A DNA stretch of 64,000 bases from Spirochaetales bacterium (GTDB lineage: Bacteria > Spirochaetota > Spirochaetia > JABEVK01). The stretch spans positions 256,001 to 320,000 of the forward strand of contig JBAXAI010000001.1 in NCBI GenBank assembly GCA_037142615.1, read 5' to 3'. Position 1 is the stretch's first letter. Every line of letters starts with the position of its first letter. Shown one piece after another: positions 28,406 through 36,557 of the stretch. The notes under the pieces were generated by a model. The model saw nothing but the letters and a program-made list of their open reading frames with translations. It had not been told where the DNA came from and did not search any database. Made by a program: the position numbers and the translations under genes.

Positions 28406-29925
28406 GCGGTAATCTCCTGTCGGACGCCAGCCATCAGCAGTCCAATCTCATTTTCGTTAGTCGTTTTGGCCTCGACAAGGCCAACCAATTCTCCGCGGCA
28501 GATCACCGCGATCCGGTCTGAAAGGTCAAGAATCTCGTCGAGTTCCAGCGAAACGAGCAGCACTGCCTTCCCCTTGTCCCGTTGTTCAACAAGTCGCTTG
28601 TGGATGTATTCGATGCTACCTACGTCGAGCCCTCGGGTTGGCTGTACAGCGATCAGCACATCAGGGTTCGAATCAATCTCGCGCCCCACGATGGCTTTCT
28701 GCTGGTTGCCTCCTGAAAGTCCTCGAGCCTTCGAACTGGCTCCTTCGCCGGATCGAACGTCAAAGGCCGTGATCAACCGCTGGGCGTTCGCGAGAATGGC
28801 AGCCGGCTGGAGGAAGCCGTTTCGGGAAAAGGGCGCCCGGTCGTGGGTTTCGAGAATGAAGTTGTCGGCCAGCGAGTAGTCGAGGATGAGCCCTCGCTTC
28901 TGCCGGTCCTCGGGAATGTGGGCCATCCCGGCCAGAATGCGGTCGCGGATCTTGGTTTTGGTGATGTCCCTGCCATCCAGGAGAATAGTACCCGACTCCG
29001 CGCTCCGAAGCCCGGTGAGCGCCTCCACCAGTTCGGTCTGACCGTTTCCTTCGACCCCCGCCACGCCGACGATTTCGCCGGCACGGACACTGAGGCTGAG
29101 GTCGCGCAGCGCTTGGATGTTGCGGCTGTTGCGAACCGTCAAGTTCCGTACTTCGAGCAACACGGCACCCGGGTTCGAGGCCGCTTTTTCCACCGAGAAT
29201 GAGACCTCGCGTCCGACCATCAGTTCGGCCATCCTCGACTCCGTCGTCGTGGCCACGTCAACGGTATCGATGACCCGGCCCCGGCGGATGACGACGCACC
29301 GGTCTGCGATGGCCTTGATCTCTTTGAGCTTGTGCGTAATGAGGATGATTGACTTCCCTTCGTGCTGGAGGTTGCGGATGATCTTGACTAGTTCCTGAAT
29401 CTCCTGGGGCGTAAGGACCGCCGTTGGCTCGTCAAAAATCAGCACGTCGGAGTTGCGGTACAGCATTTTGAGGATCTCGACGCGTTGTTGCATTCCGACC
29501 GAAATATCCTGGATCTTGGCTTCAGGATCGACGTTGAGCCCATACTTTTCCGACAGCTCACGGATCCGCCGCGAGGTGGCCGCCAAAGTGAGAACAAAAC
29601 CGATTTGGGGTTCCAGGCCGAGGATGATGTTTTCGGTCACCGTGAAGTTGTGAACCAGCTTGAAGTGCTGGTGGACCATGCCGATACCCAGGGCGTTGGC
29701 CACGTTGGGGTTGCCGATCTGCACTTCTTTGCCGCGGACGCGAATCGTGCCTTTTTCGGGCTTGTAGAGCCCGAAAAGTACGCTCATGAGCGTGCTCTTG
29801 CCGGCGCCGTTTTCGCCCAGCAGGGCCAAGACCTCACCCTTGCCCAGCGATAGGCTGATATCGTCATTGGCGACGATCCCCGGAAACTCTTTGCGGATGT
29901 GCAGCATTTCGACAACGGGTTCCAT
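28402..29925 (-). CDS. Nucleoside/sugar ABC transporter ATP-binding protein (two ABC domains)
   Basis: GENGAGKS, GMVHQHF, DEPT, LSGGNQQK, QPTRGLD. Confidence 0.95.
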   Translation of the reverse strand: MEPVVEMLHIRKEFPGIVANDDISLSLGKGEVLALLGENGAGKSTLMSVLFGLYKPEKGTIRVRGKEVQIGNPNVANALGIGMVHQHFKLVHNFTVTENIILGLEPQIGFVLTLAATSRRIRELSEKYGLNVDPEAKIQDISVGMQQRVEILKMLYRNSDVLIFDEPTAVLTPQEIQELVKIIRNLQHEGKSIILITHKLKEIKAIADRCVVIRRGRVIDTVDVATTTESRMAELMVGREVSFSVEKAASNPGAVLLEVRNLTVRNSRNIQALRDLSLSVRAGEIVGVAGVEGNGQTELVEALTGLRSAESGTILLDGRDITKTKIRDRILAGMAHIPEDRQKRGLILDYSLADNFILETHDRAPFSRNGFLQPAAILANAQRLITAFDVRSGEGASSKARGLSGGNQQKAIVGREIDSNPDVLIAVQPTRGLDVGSIEYIHKRLVEQRDKGKAVLLVSLELDEILDLSDRIAVICRGELVGLVEAKTTNENEIGLLMAGVRQEITA

Positions 29926-29961
29926 GGGAACCTCCCGGAACCATCATAAGGGCGAAATCTC

Positions 29962-29991
29962 AAAAAAAACAGGGGCATTGCTGCCCCTGTT
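29962..29991 (-). terminator. Intrinsic terminator between the BMP gene and the ATPase gene
   Basis: Minus strand AACAGGGGCA-GCAA-TGCCCCTGTT followed by a T run. Confidence 0.85.
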
Positions 29992-30022
29992 AAGAATGAA
30001 TTCCTGACGCCGGGAGTCTTGC

Positions 30023-31090
30023 TTACTTGATCAGATTGCCCTTTTCGGCGGCGACCTTGATGGTTCCCTTCTTGAGGAGGGCGAACACTTCGGCAACTTT
30101 CTTGGCGGTATCAGCCGAGAGGTTGGGGTTAATTGCGGGGATTCCCACGCCGTCGTTGGCGGCGTTGAAGGTCAACGTCTGGCCACCGGGGAACTTGCCG
30201 GCCAAGTTGGCCTTGACCATGTCGTAGGCTGCCTGGTCAATGCGCTTCATCGCCGAAGTCAAGATGATCGACTTGCTGCCCGAATAGATGCCCTGGTTGA
30301 ATTGGTCGGTATCGACGCCGACGAGCCACGCCCCCTTGGACGCGCGGGCCTTGGCCTCGTTGATCGCACCGACACCGACACCGCCAGCGGCCGCGAAAAT
30401 CACCTTGACGCCCTTGTCGTACATCTGCGCGGCGAGCTGCTGACCGGCGGCCACATCGCTGAACGTTCCCTGATAGATCACGTTCTCGGCCTTGATGCTG
30501 ACCGAAGTCTTGTAGGTCTTGTTCGCATAGTCCACACCCTGCTGGAAACCCCAGTTGAACTTCTGCACCGGGGGAATCTCCATTCCGCCGATGAATCCGA
30601 AGTCACCGGTCTTGATCTCGAGCGCAGCTGCGACGCCAGCGAGGAAGCCAGCCTCATGTTCGGCGAAGAAGATCGACACGGTGTTGGTTCCGACTTTTTC
30701 CTTGCGGGTCGCATCGAAGGCACCGTTGTTGGGGCTGCCGTCAATGAGAACGAACTTCGCGTCCTTGTACTTGTCCTGGGCGACGAAAATAGCGGTCTCA
30801 AACTTGAAGCCAGGGGTCACGATGAGCTTGTAGCCGGCATCGTTCAGGTTACCGATTTCCTTGACGTAGTCGGCCTCGGTGGTGCCGGTGGGCTTCAGGT
30901 ACTTGGGGGTATCGATCCCAAGATCGGTCTTGGCCTTGAGAATCCCTTCCCAGGTTCCTTGGTTGAACGACTTGTCGTCGATCGTGCCGGAGTCGGTCAC
31001 CATGCCTACTTTCTTGCTCTGGGCTCCGAGGGGAACCAAGGCCAACGACAGGACTGCAAAAGCCGCAAGGGCGAGTGCCATTTTCTTCAT
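30023..31090 (-). CDS. BMP/PnrA-family nucleoside-binding protein
   Basis: IDDKSFNQ..WEG, FAEHEAGFLAG, GFIGG, AAGGVG.G, GVD.DQ, TSAMK; SD AAGGAG. Confidence 0.93.
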   Translation of the reverse strand: MKKMALALAAFAVLSLALVPLGAQSKKVGMVTDSGTIDDKSFNQGTWEGILKAKTDLGIDTPKYLKPTGTTEADYVKEIGNLNDAGYKLIVTPGFKFETAIFVAQDKYKDAKFVLIDGSPNNGAFDATRKEKVGTNTVSIFFAEHEAGFLAGVAAALEIKTGDFGFIGGMEIPPVQKFNWGFQQGVDYANKTYKTSVSIKAENVIYQGTFSDVAAGQQLAAQMYDKGVKVIFAAAGGVGVGAINEAKARASKGAWLVGVDTDQFNQGIYSGSKSIILTSAMKRIDQAAYDMVKANLAGKFPGGQTLTFNAANDGVGIPAINPNLSADTAKKVAEVFALLKKGTIKVAAEKGNLIK

Positions 31091-31126
31091 AGATGCTCCT
31101 TTATCCTTTACAGGACATGTGGCCAC

Positions 31127-31155
31127 ATTCTAGAAACGCAGGGGTTGTGGGTCAA
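31127..31155 (-). promoter_or_regulatory. sigma70 promoter of the BMP-ABC operon
   Basis: Minus strand TTGACC-17 nt-TAGAAT. Confidence 0.7.
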
Positions 31156-31251
31156 GCGTCCTACCTATACCGTTTCAACAGTTTCTCGGGCATGAAAACT
31201 TGTTTACAAGGCTTCGTGGATGCTTCAAACTGACCACAGGAGAAACCCGCC

Positions 31252-32526
31252 ATGATGGAAGATACGATTTGTTTGATCCTCGGAGGGGGACAGGGAAGCC
31301 GCCTGTTTCCGCTGACCAAAGACCGTTCCAAACCCGCAGTTCCGATCGGTGGCAAGTTCCGCCTGATCGACATCCCGATTTCCAACAGCCTGAACTCTGA
31401 GATCTTCAAGATTCTGATCCTCACACAGTTCAACTCCGCGTCGCTCAACCAGCACATTAATCAGACCTATCGTTTTGACAGCTTCCACGATGGCTTTGTC
31501 GATATTTTGGCGGCCGAGCAGACCATGGAGAACGCCGACTGGTATCAAGGCACCGCCGATGCTGTCCGCAAGACCATCAAGCACTTCACCTCGTTCAAGA
31601 ATGTCAAGCACGTGCTCATTCTTTCGGGCGACCAGATCTACACGATGGACTTCCGCGAGATGTTCCGCTATCACGAGCAGACCAATGCCAACCTCACGGT
31701 TTCCGTGCTTCCGTGCAACCGTGACGACGCCAAGGGCTTTGGCATCGTCAAAATGCGCGACGGGCTCATCAATGAGTTTGTGGAAAAACCCAAGGAAGAC
31801 CGACTGCTTGACAGTCTGAAGACCACCGACTTCATCCGGCAGACCTTTCCCAAGATCGAGCCCGGCAAAGAATGGCTGGCCTCCATGGGCATCTATCTGT
31901 TCAACGTCGAAACTCTTCTTGAGCTCCTCGACAACGATCACAAGGACTTTGGAAAGGAAGTCATTCCCAAGGCCATCAAAACCAAGCGGGTCGGTGGGTA
32001 CCTGTTCAATGGTTATTGGGAAGACGTGGGGACCATCCATTCGTTCTGGAAAGCCAACCTCGACTTTGCCAGCAACTCGCCGCAATTCGATTTCTACAAC
32101 AACCAGATTTACACCCACGCCAGGTACCTGCCTTCCAGCCGGTTCGGCGACTGCACGGTGGACGAATCGTTGGTCTGCGACGGAACAATTTTGAACAAGA
32201 CCCGCCTCAAAGAAACTGTCATCGGTATACGCACCATCATCACTCACGGCGCCGACATCGAAAAGACCATCATCATGGGGGCGGACCACTACGAATCCAC
32301 TGCTGACAAAGTGGCCAACAAGAAGAAGGGGATCCCTGACATCGGCATCGGGGCCGGTACCGTGATCCGCAACGCCATCGTCGACAAAAACGCCCGCATC
32401 GGCAAGAACTGCACTATCCACAACAAAGACAAGGTCGATCACTTCGACGGTGGAAACTACTTCATCCGAGACGGCATTGTGATCATCCCCAAGAACGCGG
32501 TCATAGCCGACAGCACGGTGATCTAG
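31252..32526 (+). CDS. glgC: Glucose-1-phosphate adenylyltransferase
   Basis: GGGQGSRLFPLT..RSKPAV, QFNSASLN, WYQGTADAV, FVEKP, YWEDVGT. Confidence 0.97.
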   Translation: MMEDTICLILGGGQGSRLFPLTKDRSKPAVPIGGKFRLIDIPISNSLNSEIFKILILTQFNSASLNQHINQTYRFDSFHDGFVDILAAEQTMENADWYQGTADAVRKTIKHFTSFKNVKHVLILSGDQIYTMDFREMFRYHEQTNANLTVSVLPCNRDDAKGFGIVKMRDGLINEFVEKPKEDRLLDSLKTTDFIRQTFPKIEPGKEWLASMGIYLFNVETLLELLDNDHKDFGKEVIPKAIKTKRVGGYLFNGYWEDVGTIHSFWKANLDFASNSPQFDFYNNQIYTHARYLPSSRFGDCTVDESLVCDGTILNKTRLKETVIGIRTIITHGADIEKTIIMGADHYESTADKVANKKKGIPDIGIGAGTVIRNAIVDKNARIGKNCTIHNKDKVDHFDGGNYFIRDGIVIIPKNAVIADSTVI

Positions 32527-32528
32527 CC

Positions 32529-33185
32529 TTGTCCCCGGCTCCCGGACTTTCTCCCGTCACGATAACCAGGCGGGAGCTTTGGGGGCCGGAGACTTGGCTT
32601 GTGCGTTGGACTCGCAACTGGCCGTTTCGCGCGGGGCAGGTGGTCTCGCTGGCTCTGGTCGAGGGTGGGCCTCAACGTATGTACAGCCTGGCGACCGGGT
32701 CCGGGCAGGGCGAGGCCGGTATCTTGTTCAACCGCGTGGAAGCCGGAGAACTCACTCCCTCGATGGCCGAACTGGAACCTGGAGCCACAGTTTGGGTGAG
32801 CGAGCCCTTTGGGAGTTTCCCCGGAAGCGCAGGTCCTGCGGTGTGGATTGCCACCGGTACCGGTGTGGCACCCTTCCTTTCGATGGTTTTGTCCGGACTC
32901 GGCGCAGGCAAAACTCTCATTCACGGAGCACGAACTCTTGATTCCTTTTACGGACAGGATCTCCTGGCAGAACACTTGGGAACTGGTTATGTGCGCTGTT
33001 GCACGACAGAAGCCGCCCCAGGGGTATTCTCGGGACGCCTGACCCGCTATCTTGAAGCCCAACCGTGGACCGCCGATCGACCTTACCTCCTGTGCGGGAG
33101 CGCTCCCATGATCGTCGATGTCCGGGAAATCCTTTTTCGCAAAGGTGTTCCTTTCCGGTCAATTCTGGCGGAGGTCTTCTTTTGA
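32529..33185 (+). CDS. Ferredoxin/flavodoxin-NADP+ reductase-like flavoprotein (paralog 1)
   Basis: FRAGQ, RMYS, G..T, ATGTGVAPF, LCGS, C-terminal EVFF. Confidence 0.88.
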   Translation: MSPAPGLSPVTITRRELWGPETWLVRWTRNWPFRAGQVVSLALVEGGPQRMYSLATGSGQGEAGILFNRVEAGELTPSMAELEPGATVWVSEPFGSFPGSAGPAVWIATGTGVAPFLSMVLSGLGAGKTLIHGARTLDSFYGQDLLAEHLGTGYVRCCTTEAAPGVFSGRLTRYLEAQPWTADRPYLLCGSAPMIVDVREILFRKGVPFRSILAEVFF

Positions 33186-34225
33186 GTGTTCTTCTTCCTG
33201 TGCTCTACGGAAAAACTCTGGGCGAACTGCGTGAAATTGCCAAGACTCTTGACGCGCCGGCCCATACGGGTAACCAACTGGCTTCCTGGCTCTACCAAAA
33301 GAGCGCGTCGTCGTTCGATTCCATGACCGACCTGCCCAAAGTTTTGAGGCAGCGGCTTGCCGAGAGTTATTCGTTGGGACTCGTGGCACCCTCGCGGGTC
33401 GACTCTTCCGTGGATGGCACCAAGAAGTATCTTTTTCCCGTGGCGGGAAAGTTTGTCGAAGCCGCTTACATCCCGGATTCTGACCGCAAGACTCTTTGCC
33501 TGAGTTCCCAGGTTGGTTGCAAGATGGGCTGTCTGTTTTGCATGACCGCGAGGCAGGGCTTTCAGGCCCACCTCACCGCGGCCGAGATTCTCAACCAGAT
33601 CCGCAGTCTTCCTGAACGCGAAGAACTGACGAACATCGTCTACATGGGGATGGGAGAACCTCTCGACAATCTGGAAAACACCTTGGCCAGTCTTGAGATT
33701 CTTACCTCGGACTGGGGCCTGGGGTTCGGAAACCAAAAAGTCACCGTGTCTTCAATCGGTATGCTTCCCGCGCTGCAGACTTTCTTCGAACGCACGAAAG
33801 TCCGGTTTGCTCTGTCACTTCATTCGCCGTTCGACGAGGAGCGAAGACAATTGATGCCGGTGCAGTTGGTTCACCCGTTGGCGTCGGTGCTCGAGTACCT
33901 CAAGGTCGCTCAGGAGCAGGATGCCCGGCGTCTGTCGGTAGAGTACATTTGCTTTGCCGGGGTCAACGATAGCGCCCGCCACGTCAAGGAATTGGTCCGC
34001 ATTCTTCATGGTCTGAAGATCCGAATCAACCTGATCCGGTTTCACCCGATTCCAGAGACTCCCCTGGTGGGCTCCGACGAGCGGGCCATGGTTCGCATGC
34101 GAGACGCTCTGATTGAAAAGGGCCTACAGGCGACCATCCGCAAGTCCCGTGGCCAAGATATCTACGCGGCCTGCGGCATGCTGTCGACCAAAGCCCTGCT
34201 CAAGCCGACCGCTACCGACTACTGA
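33182..34225 (+). CDS. rlmN: Radical-SAM 23S rRNA/tRNA C2 methyltransferase
   Basis: CLSSQVGCKMGCLFC, MGMGEPL, SLH, AACGML; TTG start overlaps the upstream TGA. Confidence 0.95.
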   Translation: MSVLLPVLYGKTLGELREIAKTLDAPAHTGNQLASWLYQKSASSFDSMTDLPKVLRQRLAESYSLGLVAPSRVDSSVDGTKKYLFPVAGKFVEAAYIPDSDRKTLCLSSQVGCKMGCLFCMTARQGFQAHLTAAEILNQIRSLPEREELTNIVYMGMGEPLDNLENTLASLEILTSDWGLGFGNQKVTVSSIGMLPALQTFFERTKVRFALSLHSPFDEERRQLMPVQLVHPLASVLEYLKVAQEQDARRLSVEYICFAGVNDSARHVKELVRILHGLKIRINLIRFHPIPETPLVGSDERAMVRMRDALIEKGLQATIRKSRGQDIYAACGMLSTKALLKPTATDY

Positions 34226-34857
34226 TCTCCCCAGCCACGAACCCAAAGGGGGCGTCCGTTTTCGGAGGTCCGCACGAAACCGACCCGCTTCAGGTAGGCT
34301 TCATGGGCCTTGACCCGGGTTTCGGCGACGAACTTGCCGTTCTTCTCCCAGTCCAGTTCCCGGACGCCTTCGTTGAAGAAGAACCTCGCGGTCTGAAAAT
34401 CTCTCCAGGCGGGAATCGCATAGTCCAAGAGTATCCGCTGTGTGTCGCCTTCTTTCCTGCATACAAAGAGTGACACCGGAAGTACTTCCCTGAGCAGGAA
34501 AATGACCCGGCTACCCTTGAGGTCTTCGGCGGTAAACTCGGGCTGAAACCTGAGAATATCCTGCGAATGATGGGCAAGGAATTGACCTAGCAGGGCGTCA
34601 GACTCGGGAAACTTCACCTCGAGCAGCGAGAAATTGTCCTTCTGACGGGCCAACTGCACGAGGTAGTAGGTGTTGATCACCACGATGAAGGCATTGAGGC
34701 CGAAGACCGGCCAGGACTGGATCAGCAGCCCGTAGACCGAAAAGAACAGCGCCCCGACCAAGTTGACCGTCCGCAACCAGCGGAGATTCTTCATGGTCAG
34801 AGAAATGGCCACCACGACCGAACTGAAGGTCCCGAGAATCTCGATGTAGGGGTTCAT
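34219..34857 (-). CDS. YgjV-like inner membrane protein with soluble C-terminal domain
   Basis: Three or four short TM segments with LR.VN..G..F..YG; C-terminal LDYAIP.WRDF; SD GGAGG. Confidence 0.6.
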   Translation of the reverse strand: MNPYIEILGTFSSVVVAISLTMKNLRWLRTVNLVGALFFSVYGLLIQSWPVFGLNAFIVVINTYYLVQLARQKDNFSLLEVKFPESDALLGQFLAHHSQDILRFQPEFTAEDLKGSRVIFLLREVLPVSLFVCRKEGDTQRILLDYAIPAWRDFQTARFFFNEGVRELDWEKNGKFVAETRVKAHEAYLKRVGFVRTSENGRPLWVRGWGDQ

Positions 34858-34895
34858 GGACAAGCCTCCAAAGTTTCAGTATAAGGGGAATCACA

Positions 34896-35825
34896 ATGAC
34901 CTGGACAACCTTTTTCAAGATCGTCGAACTGCGAACCAAAATCGTCAGTGTGTCAACTTTCCTCTTGGCAACCCTTTCAACTGCGTGGTTGTACGGCGAA
35001 CTTCCTTGGGTCCTGGTGGTCTTCTTGCTTCTCGCCGTCTTGGCCATCGACATGGGAACAACGGCGTTCAACTCTTTTTTTGACTTTGAAAAGGGCGTTG
35101 ACACGTCGGGAACCAACCAGGAATCGGACAAAGTTCTGGTTCATCAAAGGATTCCCACGGGCTATGCGCTACTGACCGCACTGGCACTATTTGCATTTGC
35201 CGCCGTTCTCGGACTGTTCTTGGCCTTGTGGAAGGGCTGGCCGCTGCTCGTTCTCGGCGGGCTGAGCCTGCTTGTCGGCTATCGGTATTCCGGGGGGAGG
35301 GTTCCTATCAGTTCCACTCCCTGGGGTGAGGCCTTTGCCGGCTTCTTTCTGGGCTCGGTGCTTTGGCTCGTTGTTTCCTTCACGCTGGCACCCGCCGGAA
35401 CACCCTCGCCGGTCTGGGATCCCCAATTCTGGGGGCTTCACTTTCTGCACAGCTTGCCCTCACTCCTGTTCATCGCGAGCATCCTAACTGTGAACAACTG
35501 CTGCGATCGCGAAGGGGACTCGGCAGCCGGACGAAAAACACTGTCGCTTCTTCTGGGACCACCAGCAGATCTCCTGATCGTGCTTCTACCCCTGGCGGCC
35601 TACGTGCTGACAATCGCGCTTTCGCTGGGAGGCCTTCTTCCGTTTCCGCTGGCGTTCAGTTCGCTCGCAGGCCTGCTGTTCACGGTTCCCCTTTGGCGGG
35701 GCATGTTCCAACGTGGCTTCTCGCACCAGACAAAGGGACCCAACATGGGGGCAGTCTCCCAGACCTTCCTCGCCTATACCCTATTTTCAACCCTCGGCTG
35801 GGTTGCGGGTCTGCTGCTCCGTTGA
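34896..35825 (+). CDS. menA: MenA/UbiA-family prenyltransferase
   Basis: N..FD..KG.D and NN..D...D..AG.KTL aspartate motifs; YSGG..P; multiple TMs. Confidence 0.75.
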   Translation: MTWTTFFKIVELRTKIVSVSTFLLATLSTAWLYGELPWVLVVFLLLAVLAIDMGTTAFNSFFDFEKGVDTSGTNQESDKVLVHQRIPTGYALLTALALFAFAAVLGLFLALWKGWPLLVLGGLSLLVGYRYSGGRVPISSTPWGEAFAGFFLGSVLWLVVSFTLAPAGTPSPVWDPQFWGLHFLHSLPSLLFIASILTVNNCCDREGDSAAGRKTLSLLLGPPADLLIVLLPLAAYVLTIALSLGGLLPFPLAFSSLAGLLFTVPLWRGMFQRGFSHQTKGPNMGAVSQTFLAYTLFSTLGWVAGLLLR

Positions 35826-36511
35826 AGCGGGGTTGTTTTCTTCTCAGTCTGGCGCTGGCCTTTCCGATGGCGGCCGAAGTGCCGGTGCCCGCGGCGCTTG
35901 AAACCGCTCATTTGCTCGGCAAGGGGCGTCCAGCCGGAGCACCCCCTGTGTCTCTTCAGGATGAACTGTTCGTTCTCGCGATGGGAAGCAACAACCAAAT
36001 GGGCTATCTGGAGCGAGTCTCGATGCCTGGTGAGTCCTGGCTGTTTCGGGCTCGTGTTGTCGATCTCGTCGATGACAGCTTGATTTGGGAACAAATCTGG
36101 GTCACCGACGAGGAAATTGACCGCTGGTGGCCTGAGCAGGGGGGGGGCGTCATGCGGTCACTGAAAAGCCATCACCTGGAACCGGTCGATTTTCAGATGG
36201 GTGAGTTTCCGGTGATTCTCGACGACCAATTCTATACGGCAACCTTGCGTCGTACGGCGTCTGCCTCTGACCCGGCCTTGTTCGGGCGTCTCGAGGTCGT
36301 CGTACAGTCAACTGGCCAGGGAATCAAGACCGTCTGCGACCTGTCGGGGGCCTGGCGGTGGGCTTCCGTACTCGGGTTTATCCCTTCGCCTTTCGAGAAC
36401 CGTCTGGCTATTATTCTGCTCGTTCAGCCGGAAGGTTGGAGCGGTCCACAGCAACCTCTGAGGTTCCTTGTCGCCGGGGCCAGTCTCAAGGCCGGTTTTG
36501 CCCAGCCTTGA
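35822..36511 (+). CDS. Exported hypothetical protein
   Basis: TTG start overlaps the menA stop; signal-peptide-like MKRGCFLLSLALAFPMAA. Confidence 0.6.
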   Translation: MKRGCFLLSLALAFPMAAEVPVPAALETAHLLGKGRPAGAPPVSLQDELFVLAMGSNNQMGYLERVSMPGESWLFRARVVDLVDDSLIWEQIWVTDEEIDRWWPEQGGGVMRSLKSHHLEPVDFQMGEFPVILDDQFYTATLRRTASASDPALFGRLEVVVQSTGQGIKTVCDLSGAWRWASVLGFIPSPFENRLAIILLVQPEGWSGPQQPLRFLVAGASLKAGFAQP

Positions 36512-36557
36512 CGGAAGCCCCCGATACGCCGTTTAATACGCACTAAAGAGGGTATCC

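Noticed and set aside
31225-32442. 405 aa antisense ORF opposite glgC (similar ones at 5090-6982, 36543-37889, 58926-61000, 30302-31195)
   Set aside because: Shadow ORFs produced by codon bias of the well-conserved sense genes; no recognisable motifs or RBS.
35363-35821. Long upstream extensions of ORFs 35363, 46103, 63125, 33065 and 8559
   Set aside because: They overlap genuine genes in other frames; better starts with stop/start coupling or promoter support lie downstream.
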